Source: the human T2T-CHM13v2.0 reference genome, Homo sapiens. From it: 64,000 nucleotides of DNA. Shown piece after piece: positions 14,871 through 27,855 of the stretch. Made by a program: the position numbers and the translations under genes. How positions within the stretch are numbered: position 1 is the first letter of the stretch; each line of letters opens with the position of its first letter. The notes under the pieces are model-generated. The model saw nothing but the letters and a program-made list of their open reading frames with translations, was not told the DNA's origin and ran no database searches. Location of the stretch: assembly GCF_009914755.1 (NCBI RefSeq), contig NC_060927.1; one strand, given 5' to 3'.

Positions 14871-16327
14871 CACATGAGCTAACATTGTCGTCTCCCCAGG
14901 TGTGATCTCAGCATTACGTAACATTCTAAGCCATTTGACAGATTAGGAATTGGGCATGGAGCTGTTAAGAATTTAGCTAAAAATGCACACATGCCAAGCT
15001 TGGAGGGAGAGAGATCTGATTTGAAGACCTTTCTTAACCAGTACACTACATTGCCTGTCGTGGACGATTTACTCCCACTGTGACCTCATGGCAGCAGGAG
15101 ATGAGATGGAGGGAGGGGGATAGATTGGACAATCCTGAAATAAAGGCACTGTTAGTCCTTCCTTTCTTCCTTCCTTCGTCCGTAAGGAACACTAAGCGTA
15201 TTTTGTGAAGCCACTTCAGAATCCTGAGTTGAATGAGACCCGGTCCACTGCCCTTACGGAAGTCGCATGGGAAACAATTTCCCTGACTCCCTATTTTCCC
15301 GTTAGCACAGCCTGACTCCAGCCTGCCCCGCAGCCTCTTGCCTCCCCCACACCAGAATGCCTGGATTTCTAGCTCAGTTCTCCTACTGAAGTCCAGCCAG
15401 CCTGCCCACTTCCTGGGGGACCCTAGTCTAGGAGCCTGATCCTTCTTCCGCTCACACTGACAGATCCCACGAGTTCCCCCGTGGGCTGGTGTGTGAACTT
15501 GCTCTGATGGCAACCCCAGGGGGTAGCCGGCCCCAGTGCGGTGAGGCCCAGTCCTCCATGTCACCCAGTCTTCCATGCCACCCGTACCACTGAGACTGCA
15601 GCTGAGGTTGTGCTGTGCCTGCCCAAAGTGCATGCTTAGTTAGGGTATGGCCGGCCCAGCGTCTGAGGAGGCTTCCTCTTCCTTTGGTGCAAATGCCCTG
15701 CTGAAATAAGTGCTCCCAGAAATAGAAGAAAACTGCAGAGCCTGACTCCCAAATTCCCTGTGTGAGGAGCTTTACCTTTCAGTATGAGCTTTCTTCAGAT
15801 CATTGAAAGATCAGAGTCCTAAAGGAGCCTGAAAGCTCCTCCCGCACACCTCTCTGTCCCAGGCACTAGAGGGCCACCCCGCCTCCTCTCTCCCTCCTTT
15901 CTTTCTCACTTCTTGTTTGTCTTTGAGCCATCCTGCTTCAAAGCTCTCTGAGAAGCATCTGCAGCCTCCAGGCTAACCACAGTTCAGCTCACATTTCATG
16001 TCCTGATGATTCTACATGGTTGCAGTTGATTATGTTTTGTTTATATTGGGAGTATCTGTGCATCTCTAAGATCCCCCTACCCCGACCCCTACCCCGAAAG
16101 GGAAGGAATGCTTATTGAGCTAAGTGCTTTACATATGTCATGCTGTGGACTGAACTCCATAATTATATCATCTCCAGCCTCCTCCCAAAACTGTGAAACA
16201 GGACACTCAAATATTAACATGGGCTGTTTATCTCAGTTTTAAACTCTTGAGGCCCGGAGTTCCTTCCTTGCCTTTTATGGAAATTCCTTGAACTGCATCG
16301 GCTCCATTTGTGTTTGTTCTGCCCTCA

Positions 16328-16690
<363 letters not shown>

Positions 16691-16997
16691 TCACTAAGTT
16701 CAAATCTATATGTCTAGGTCCTTCTCTCTAGAAATTTACATCTATCAATCTGGCTTTCAGATACTTGTGTTATATCAACCCATCCACGTTTTTTTCTTGC
16801 CCAGACCAAGACTACAGCCAAAAGTCCATTGCTGTGGTCCACACATGCATCTCTAAGATCTGAGGGACAGGGGTTCGAGAAAGGCTGGAGTAATGGCAAA
16901 GGGATTGCTGTGTGATGAACCCTGCCTTGTTATTTGAGAAAGTCACTCACAGCCTCAAGTGCCTCAGTTGGAAAACAGGAATAATAATCCCTGCCTT

Positions 16998-17393
<396 letters not shown>

Positions 17394-18146
17394 TCAGTCA
17401 AGCCACTGGAGAACATGCAAAGCTATGCGGGCCCTTGGGAAGACTGCTCCAGACAGCCTCTTTACACACATGGCAGGTTTTCTGGCCCGTGTTTTGCTTT
17501 TTAACACATCTGGTTCCCATGAAGCAGGCACATCTGGGCAGAAACTGAAGGGTTCCAATCCCACCCAGGGGTCATGACTCAAAATATTTTTTCTTGGGAG
17601 CAATGATGTTGATTGTCAGCCTACCTAAGTCTGAAGGAATTCTCCATTCCTCCTTGGCTGTGAGCCAGATGGAACCCTTCCCAGCTCCAACATGCGAACC
17701 ACAGTGGCTCCACCAGAGAAATAAAGCAATCGGAGTCGACCAGGCACGTGGCAGAATGGCAGCCGCCCTGGCCCTTGGCTGGCTCAGCAGCTCCCAGGCC
17801 ACATTCGGGTCTCACTCTGTAACTTGCATGAGTCTAGGGAGAGGCAGGGAAGGGCCTGGCTTGGCAGAATTGCTAAAACTGCAGGTTAAAAATCCCCAAT
17901 TGGCATAAATCCTAATAAGGGAAAACATTAGAAAAATAGGTTGTGTGTGAATATAACTTATTTTAAGAATGATAACAGTAACATATTTTGAGAGCCTATG
18001 GGCCAGGCACCGGGCTAAGGGCTCTCTATTCACAATCTCCTTCCCCATAATTAGAGAAGCTCTAGATCCCACGGAATCTTTTCAGATGTCAGTTTCTTCC
18101 CCTCTGCATAAGTGGGTCTTATTTTATAGATGCCAAGTCTTCTTCA

Positions 18147-18437
18147 TTTTTTTTGAGACGAAGTCTTGCTCTTGTCCCCCAGGCTGGAGTGTGATGGTGC
18201 AATCTCGGCTCACTGCAACCTCCGCCTCCCGGGTTGAAGTGATTGTCCTGCCTCAGCCTCCTAAGTAGCTGGGATTACAGGTGCCTGCCACCACGCCCAG
18301 CTAATTTTTGTATTTTTAGTACAGACGGGGTTTCACCATGTTGGCCAGGCTGGTCTCAACCTCCTGACCTCAGGTGACCCACCTGCCTTGGCCTCCCAAA
18401 GTGCTGGGATTACAGGCGTGAGCCACTGCGCCTGGCC
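18147..18437 (-). mobile_element. Alu (AluS-like)
   Basis: Reverse dimer, TSD aagtcttctt. Confidence 0.95.
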
Positions 18438-18487
18438 AAGTCTTCTTGAAGTGTGTTGGAAGTTACTGGAAATTTTCTAAATATCTT

Positions 18488-19378
18488 GAAGTAAGACTGT
18501 CTTCTATGATGTAAGACTATCTTCTGACTTAAGACTATCGTCTATGATGTTAGACTATCTTCTATGAAGTCCGGCTGTCTTCTGTGATATAAGGCTGTCT
18601 TCTGGCCAGGTTTGATGGGTTATGCCTGTAATCCCAGCCCTCCAGGAGGCCGAGGTGGGCAGATCACTTGAGGCCAGTAGTTCGAGACCAGGCTGGCCAA
18701 CATGGCGAAACCCCATCTCTACCAAAAATACAAAAATTAGCTGGGCGTGGTGGCTTGTGTCTATACTCCCAGCTACTTAGGAGGCTGAGGCGAGAGAATT
18801 GCTTAAGGTCAGGAGCTCCAGACCAGCCTGGCCAACATGGTGCAACCCTTTCTCTACTAAAAATACATAAATTAGCTGGGCATGGTGGCATGCTCCTGTA
18901 ATCCCAGCTACTAAGGAGGCTGAGGCAGGAGAAAAAAAAAAACTGTCTTCTATGAAGTAAGACTATCCTCTATTATGATGCCAAACTGTCTTCTATGATG
19001 TGAAACTGTCTTCTATGATGTAAGGATGTCTTATATGATGTAAGGCTGTCTTCTATGACATCAGACTGTCTTCTATGATGTAAGGCTGTCTTCTATGATG
19101 TAAGACTGTCTTCTGTGATGTAAGGCTGTCTTCTGTGATGTAAGGCTGTCTTCTGTGATGTCAGACCGTCTTCTGTGATGTAAGGCTATCTTCTGTGATG
19201 TCAGGCTGTCTTCTATGATGTCAAACTGTCTTCCATGATGTCAAACTATCTTCCACGATGTGGAACTTTCTTCTATGATGTAAGACTATCTTCTATGATG
19301 TAAGACTCTCTTCTCTGATGTAAGACTGTCTTTTATGATGTAACACTGTCTTCTATGATGTAAGACTCTCTTCTATGA
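18488..19378. repeat. 20-bp minisatellite (consensus GATGTAAGACTGTCTTCTAT), about 27 units, interrupted by an Alu
   Basis: About 5-6 units at 18488-18603 and about 22 units at 18943-19378. Confidence 0.97.
18604..18942 (+). mobile_element. Rearranged Alu (left arm, partial right arm, partial left arm, partial right arm, A11)
   Basis: Two A-rich linkers. Switches from right arm back to left arm at about 18803 and lacks the 3' part of the right arm. Confidence 0.9.
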
Positions 19379-19517
19379 GTCTTATGTAGGCCTCCTCCTC
19401 AGGATACCCCCCTCCTTTGGGCTGCAGAGTCTTTCAGATTTCTGTTGAGTTTTTATCTTTTGCTCGTCCTTTTGGAAGAAAGTTAATGTGTGTCTAGTAT
19501 TAGAAACTGAGGTAGTT

Positions 19518-20148
19518 AAGCCACTGTGAAAAGCAGTTTGGAGATTTCTCAAAGAACTGCAAACAGAACTGCCACTCAACTCAGCAATCCCATTACTGGG
19601 TATATACCCAAAGGAAAATACATCATTCTACCAAAAAGACACCTCCACTCGTATGTTCATCACAGCAATATTCATGATAGCAAAGACATGGAATCAACCT
19701 AGGTGCCCATCAACAGTGGATCGGATAAAGAAAAGGTGGTACATATATGCAATGGAATACTATGCAGCCATAAAAAGGAACAAAATCATATCCTTTACAG
19801 TTAACACAGATGCAGCTGGAGATTACTAAACAAATTAATTTATCCTAAACAAATTAATGCAGGAACAGAAAACCAAACATGGTGGGGTTTTGCATGTTCT
19901 CACAAGTGGGAGCTAAGCATTGAGTACACATGGACATAAAGCTGGGAAAAACAGACACTGGGAATTACTAGAGGGGGAAGGGAGGGAGGGGGGCAAGGAC
20001 TGAAAAACTACCTATTGGGCACTATGCTCAATACCTGGGTGATGGGATCAGTCATACCCCAAACTCAGCATCATGCAATAAACCCGTGTAACAAACCTGC
20101 ACGTGTATCCTCTGAATCTAAATAAAAGTTGATACTTTAAAAAAAAAT
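19518..20148 (+). mobile_element. L1 3' end fragment (old L1PA/L1PB-type)
   Basis: cagcaatcccattactgggtatatacccaaagga...aacaaacctgcacgtgtatcc...aataaaa followed by an A tail. Confidence 0.92.
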
Positions 20149-22144
20149 ATGAGGAGATGATGATGAGGTTGCTGTCCAGACCTTTCAGCCCAGATGAAGC
20201 AAAAGGCTTAGAATTACCTTAAGTAGTAACTAAAAAATTACATTGAGGAGGAGTAATTAATGTTCCTGATGAATTTATAAAGTGAAAAAAGCATGCCACC
20301 AAATCTGCACATATGTAATATTGAAGAATGCACACACCAACTCACACATATAATTTATGTATGCTTAAAAAGGAATATGGGTCATTGCACAAAAATAGAA
20401 AAATATAGATGAGCATGAAGGAAAAAGCAAAATCCATCCACAATCTTATCACCCAGTGATAACAATTATGAACATTATGATATATTTCCTTCCAGGTTCT
20501 TTTCCAAATATATTAAAATTTGTTCGTAATTATTTATACATTGTATGTTTCTTTTAAATCCTGCTTTTGATTCCTTAACATCTTTCCATGAACATCTTCC
20601 CATGGAAATAGCATCAACACTTTGCAGTGAGGGTGAATGGAGAGAACATTGGAGAAAGCCCCCTCCCCGCCCCACCACTCTCTGCACAGAGCCCAGAAGT
20701 TGGGAGGTATCTTGGAAATGGCTAATTACAAACACATGGCATTTGGGCCACTGTCCCTGCTCCTGAACTCAAAGCAGATATTACTAATCAATCCCAGTTC
20801 CCTTTTCTGAGGAACACAGAAGCCCTCTGACCCTTTTTCAGCACCACACTCTAGACAGCCACATATTATCTTCCTACATTGGGCCTCGGCTTTGAGAAGC
20901 CTAATTCTGAGAAGCTTCAATTCACAATTTCCCTACAGGACTATGTCACCACTACTTAGAGATTCAAGCCTTTAGTGCACAATGAATCTGCAGTTGGATC
21001 TTTCATATTTAGCTTGGACTGTCATTAAAAAAGCACTGTGGAGCCAATGCATTAGGGTTGCCAAAATCAGTCTGGCTTCAAAACCTCTTGGTTAAGTATC
21101 CAGTAGATGAGAAACCTCCCTGCTGCGTGATTAGTGGTAGGGCAGAATTTCATTTGAGACCAGTCCATCTTGACTCCTGGGTCAGCAGGACATAAGAACA
21201 CTATCATACAACCCTCAAAACAGTGATGTACTGCAGCCAACGGTGCCCTATGGTGAGTGTCACGCAATGTTTAGAATCGTGCACTCTTCTGAGCACTGAA
21301 CCTCAGCAAAGCTCTCCCAGCGTAAGGATAATTAAATTCTAAAGTAGGCCTACCCTGAAGTTATTCAACTAGAAAATTACAAGCCACAGCAAAGATGTAT
21401 TTCCATATAAATGTGCGAAAGCAAATCCAGCATCCACCAGCCTGAAACAGACGGGGACGGAGAGCCTGGTGCATTTACCACCTAATTTATCATGCTGCTA
21501 ACATCTCTCTTTGGGCACTTATCACATTCCCCCGGGGCGACTGCCTGCCTTACCCAGCCTGCTAAGCTGAGAGGTTCTGGAAGGCGGATGCCTTACCCAC
21601 TCTGCAGAGCTCCGTGGGAGGCCTGCAATCCACTGGTGTGCTTGAGGACAGGGTGGCAGAGGAGAAGCCTGTGATGCTGTGCAGTCCCCAGGCACGAGAG
21701 GCCATGCTGTGCCACATACATGACTGTCACTGTTGGCTGTGTGACCGCATCAAAATCGTCTCTCCAGTTGTCTTTCACCATCCCTCTGCAGAGGGTGTAT
21801 CCCAGGACTGCTTTCCACTCAGCTTCTGGGACATTCTGTGTGGCTGTCCCTGAGAACACCTGGGCAAAGCTGAGAATCCTCCTGGCTTTTTGCAGGCAAA
21901 AAAAAAATGTTCCTGAGGCGAATAAGAGAACCATGTCTCCTAAGTAATATTCCCCTCGACCTGTCAAGACTCAGTCTAGTCTTGCTCCGCATGCAGCCTA
22001 TTTTCTGAGCTGGAAGGCTCCTGAAAATAGAAACTCAGGGTGAAAAGATGGAGGTTGAACACAATCCTTTTATTATGGCTGTCTATGATTCCTTATTTAT
22101 ATGCCTAAGACATATAATGCCTAAGACATCCGGAATGTCACTAG

Positions 22145-22484
<340 letters not shown>

Positions 22485-24444
22485 CACCGTACCTGGCCCA
22501 AAATTCTTTATATAGCATATATTTCTCCAGTGTATCTCTAACCTTCATCTCCAACTTTGCCCAGGTTGATGTCATCCAGAGCAGCAAGGGGTGTGTGACA
22601 TTTCATTGTGAAACAGATATATGTATTAAAAAGTACAAACAACTGATCTGCACAGGTCAAATAATCATAACAGGTGGAAACCCGATGTACCTACTAACAG
22701 TCAAAGACACAGAGCACATGACCAGCACCTTGCAAGCACAGTGCATACCTTTCTCCCTGCAGGAGCAACCCACTGTCCAGAGTTTTGTGATAATCACTCT
22801 TTTGCTTTTCTTCGTATCTATGTATGCAGGAAAGCAGGAGCCTGTTCAGGTTCTCTATGCGTCAGACTCTAGCCCATGAAGTGAATTCTTTGGGTGCCAT
22901 AAAACAGGCAGCACGTCTCTCTGAGCTCCCACCTTCAGCTTCAGCCTCTGCTTTGCTCTGAGTCACAGTCCTGGGGCTCCGAAGTACCCTGCTGGGACCC
23001 CAGGGCCCTGTTCTTGCCTCTGTGGCCCCTGCCTGTCCTCTTGTGGAGCTGCCACTGGACTCTGGGTTCCAGGACTTCCTCCTTGGACAGGCCCTTTGCT
23101 GAGTCTTCACTTCTCTTGGATTTGTTCTTTCCATTCCCTCTGCTGTCACTCCCAGACCTTATTACCCCAACAGCCTGAACAATCCCAACAGCCTCCTAAC
23201 TCCACACCCTGCCCCCAGTTTCCCCCACTCAAATCTGTGCTCACACAAATGCCATATTCCTGTTGTGTCAACAGCCAAAATCACTGATGTCTCTGCACTT
23301 ACATCATCTCCCCGCACCTTTGTGTGGCCTCTCCTCCACTCAGGATGCCCTTCCCATCCTCCTCACCTGCAGGAAGGTTCCTATCAGTAGGAGGCTGGGC
23401 TCCACAGCCTTTCCAGGTACCCCAGTCACTGGGGCCCTGGTCAGGGTGTCCACAATGAAGTGAGGTCACAGGTGGTGCAGCCAAGCTGGAGAGCACCCGA
23501 GGGAAGCTGAGGGCAGAGCAGGGGAGCAGTCTCAGGAGCATTGCCTTTCAAGCCTGCAGCTGGATTCCCACGATGAAGGGAGAACTTGGAGCCAAACACC
23601 AAAGGCCTAGATAGGGCCCTGCCCAGTGTCCCTGAGTCCATGGACTCATTGTTCTCTCGAGGACACATTCTTAGGACATCATAGAACATGTAATGCAAAT
23701 TGCCAGGGACCAAGTGCTCCTAAGAAGCCAGGGAGGACACTCACGGCTGTGGAGCATCTACGTGCCCCAGAAACTCACCCATTATCTCAGCAGGTCCTCC
23801 TCCTGGCCCTTTGACATAAGTAGCCTGAGCATCAGTTTTCCAGATGAGGAAACTGAGGCTTCCAGGGGTGAGTGAAGCTATTCGTTAGGATCAGAAGAGC
23901 CGGGCCTCGAATGTGGACTCTCCCAACTTCGAATCTGCACTTTGCCCTTTCTACCACCCTCAAGACCAGCTCCAAATCCTGCCCTCACCACTCACCAGTC
24001 ATGGGATTTCTGATGCTTCCAGAACTCCTCTGAAACTACCCTGCCTCCCTCAGAGTGGGTGAGAAGGTGAAAGAGATTACGCACACGAACAGCATTTTGC
24101 CAGCTGTATCCTACTACAAGTGGGCTACCTCAAGTCCTTTCTCAGCACAAGATGTGTGTAAATACACCAGGTTGAATGAGTGAATGAAATCCACCAGTCA
24201 ACTCTCTTTCCTCTTTCCTGATTCCTGGCTGATGTCTCATCTCCCGGCTGTGCCTCAGGAAGAGACAGTGAATCAGGCATCTTGGCAGCCCCCAAGCAGC
24301 TCACTACAGTAGTACCGGCAAAGGAAGGGCTTCATATTTATGAAATGAATAGATGACCCCATGTCTGCATATGATCATGAATGCATTTAACACTGTCCTG
24401 TGGTAGCCCAGTCTTAATATTCACAAAAGAGAAGATGGTCTTTA

Positions 24445-24925
24445 TGGTAGACTGCAAACTGATTGCCCCAAACTGCATTCTCTCTTCTGTAGTTACAGAG
24501 TTTTATAGAATTTTAACTGTTCATATGGCTGCCCAGATAGAGACCATATTTCCCAGACTTCCCTGCAGCTAGGTGTGGCCGTATGACTAAGTTATGCCAA
24601 TAGAATATGAATAGAAGTGACGTATGCAATTTCTACAACACCTACTTGAAATAATCTGCTTGCCTTAGACTTGCTCTTTCTCCTCCCCATGGTCAGGAAC
24701 ACAGAGAAGGCAATGACCAGCTTTGGTGATTGAACCACACTCTAAGTGGTGGTGGGGCAACAAGATGGAAGGAACCTAGGTCCCTGAATGGCCATGTGGA
24801 GCCCAGTGACCCTACCAACTTGGACTGCTCACCTCTGGACTGCTAAGTGAGAGCAAAATAAACCTCTCTCTTATTTCAGCCACTAAATTTTGAGGTCTCT
24901 GTGCTCAGCCTGCACCTTAACAAAT
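24445..24925. mobile_element. MaLR LTR (MLT1I/J-like)
   Basis: ttcccagacttccctgcagctaggtgtggcc...gactaag...gccaatagaat...aaataaacctct...cagccact. Confidence 0.7.
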
Positions 24926-25595
24926 GCAGACTATCATTAATAAGACCCCTTACATGGGGAATAGCCAGTTGACTTGAGTTCAGATCTAGGCTCTGTGACT
25001 TCCTACTTCTGTGAGTTTGGGCAAGTTGCTGAACTACTGTTTCTTCATCTGTGAAATGAGGAGAACCATAGGACCTGTAGTGAGAATTAAACAACATAGA
25101 ATATACACAATAAAGTTGGCTACTGTTATGGCTACTGTTATAATCATCTTATCAAAATGTTTTCCTGCCTGTGGAGCCCCAGCCAGGCTACCCGTGCATT
25201 AGTCAGCCTATACCAGAGGAAACAGCTTTTATGTTGGTCCCCTGTGTGGTTAGTTATGTGTCTTCCTGCCACAACTGATCTTATGTCCTCACATTCATTT
25301 TCATGCAAAAGCCCTAGCAAGCCAAGTGTGGTAGTAAGAACTACCCACTGGTTGGCCTGGGAACTTACTGGTAACAGTCAGAGCATGTGCTTCACCCCCT
25401 GAGGTGTCTAAGCATTGTAGCCAACAAGAAATCCCTTCAACTGCCTTTCCCTCCTCTAAACTCAGCTCAGAGTCCCGTAGAGCTCACCGGGTACCAGGCC
25501 AGCTTCAGAAGAAGCTGCTGATAAATTTAGAAGTCAGAGAGAGTACGTATAGTCAGAGAGAGAAGAGCAATGCTACTAATTAAAAAGGGGTAATG

Positions 25596-25896
<301 letters not shown>

Positions 25897-25910
25897 GGAG
25901 TGGGGGTAAC

Positions 25911-26246
<336 letters not shown>

Positions 26247-26309
26247 TCAGATGCATGCAAGGTTCTGGAGTAGTCCCTAAAGTATTTATTTCCTTTAAAA
26301 AAGAAAGAA

Positions 26310-26416
26310 AAAATATATATGTATATGTTATGTATTTTAAAATATGTATTTATAATAATATAATAAATATATCATATATTTTATAATATAAAATATTTAT
26401 ATATATAATTTTTTTT
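26310..26416. repeat. AT-rich low-complexity tract
   Basis: Almost pure A/T, (TA)-rich. Confidence 0.85.
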
Positions 26417-27550
26417 CTAGAAAGGATGAAGCCCTATGAAAGTAGCTGGAAGGCTGCTGTGGCCACAGCTGTAACCCAACAGGAAGAACCCATGCTTGTC
26501 ACCAGACAGAGGCCCACACAGCTCACAGCCCTCTATTTCTTATTTAACAGAGATTCCTTGAGAGCTCTGTCTGGCCAGGCACTGGGTTAGGCTCTGGGGA
26601 CACATCTCAGACCAAGTCCCTACCCTTATGGAACTTCCAGTCTAGTGTGGACCCAGAATAATTAGCAGATGAGCATATGCCAGGCCGGGTTGGGCACCCT
26701 GAGCCAAGCATGTCAGGGTCAGGAGACAGGGGACATCCGCTCCATACCACACAGCACAGGCCTGCTTCCTATAGGACTGGAGATGCTAGAGTTGCGGAGT
26801 GTAAGAGATACTAGGTTCAAGAGTTTGGTCTTGAACTTCACTTACTTAGGTGCATACCTGTTTGCTGCTCATAAAATGCAAACAGGACCAAAGTGTGGAG
26901 GCCCACCGAGGCGGTCAGCAGCCTGACAGCCCTGGTGCCCAGGTGCAATAACAAGCAAAACCGACATCCTGCATTCCCTAATTAAGCCTGATTAGCCTCT
27001 CCCACACTTTCCCATCCTCCTGTAATCTCCTACAGGTGCAGAAAATATGTCAGTGCCAGTGGGGTGAGATGGATAATCACCCCCCTTGTACTAGGCTGGA
27101 AACTTAGATGGCTATTATTACTCCTCCAACACAAGATATCTACTGCCTCAAAATTATTTCATATGCTTTGGGGATGCAAGCTCCAGGAGTGATTTATTTT
27201 TAATCGAAAAGCAGTTCTGCATTATAGGAGGCCAAGAGATTAAGAACCTTTATTAACATGTGCGATCTCTTCAGATGCCTCTTCTAGGCCAGCCGGGGCC
27301 CTGGCCGGTTTTGAAAAGGTTCTTATGCCAAAGGGCTCCTCTGAGGCGACATTTAGATCAATATTTGGAACTGCCCTTCTGGGAAATCACTGATGGTCTG
27401 TGGAAGGCACATGGTGTGACTTTTAGAGCAGTCCATTAATGAAGAGCTCCACAGCTGTCCCAAGATTCTGGAAAAGGACCAGATGCTGGTATGACTGACC
27501 TCGCTTCTGTGCAAGAGCTTGGAGCACTGTCTTTCAAGCCTGAGTCTCTC

Positions 27551-27855
27551 TCTCTCTCTCTCTTTTTTTTTTTTAGACAGAGTCTTGCTCTGTCACCCAG
27601 GCTGGGGTGCAGTGGCACAATTTTGGCTCACTGCAACCTCCGCCTCCTGGGTTCAAGTGATTCTCCTGCCTCAGCCTCCTGAGTAGCTGGGATTACAGGT
27701 GCGTCCCCTCACACCCAGTTTATTTTTGTATTTTTAGTAGAGATGGGGTTTTGCCATGTTGGCCAGGCTGGTCTCGAACTCCTGGCCTCAAATGATCCAC
27801 CTGCCTCAGCCTGCCAAAGTGCTGAGATTACAGGCGTGAGCCACCACACCTGGCA
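27551..27855 (-). mobile_element. Alu (AluS-like)
   Basis: Reverse dimer, TSD caagcctgagtctct. Confidence 0.95.

Noticed and set aside
15046-15633. 195-aa minus-strand ORF in intron 2
   Set aside because: No recognisable homology and no clear splice or promoter support. Compatible with chance in GC-rich DNA.
18488-19378. CRISPR-like array of palindromic repeats
   Set aside because: Units are head-to-tail without unique spacers, there are no cas genes, and the context is a primate intron. It is a minisatellite.
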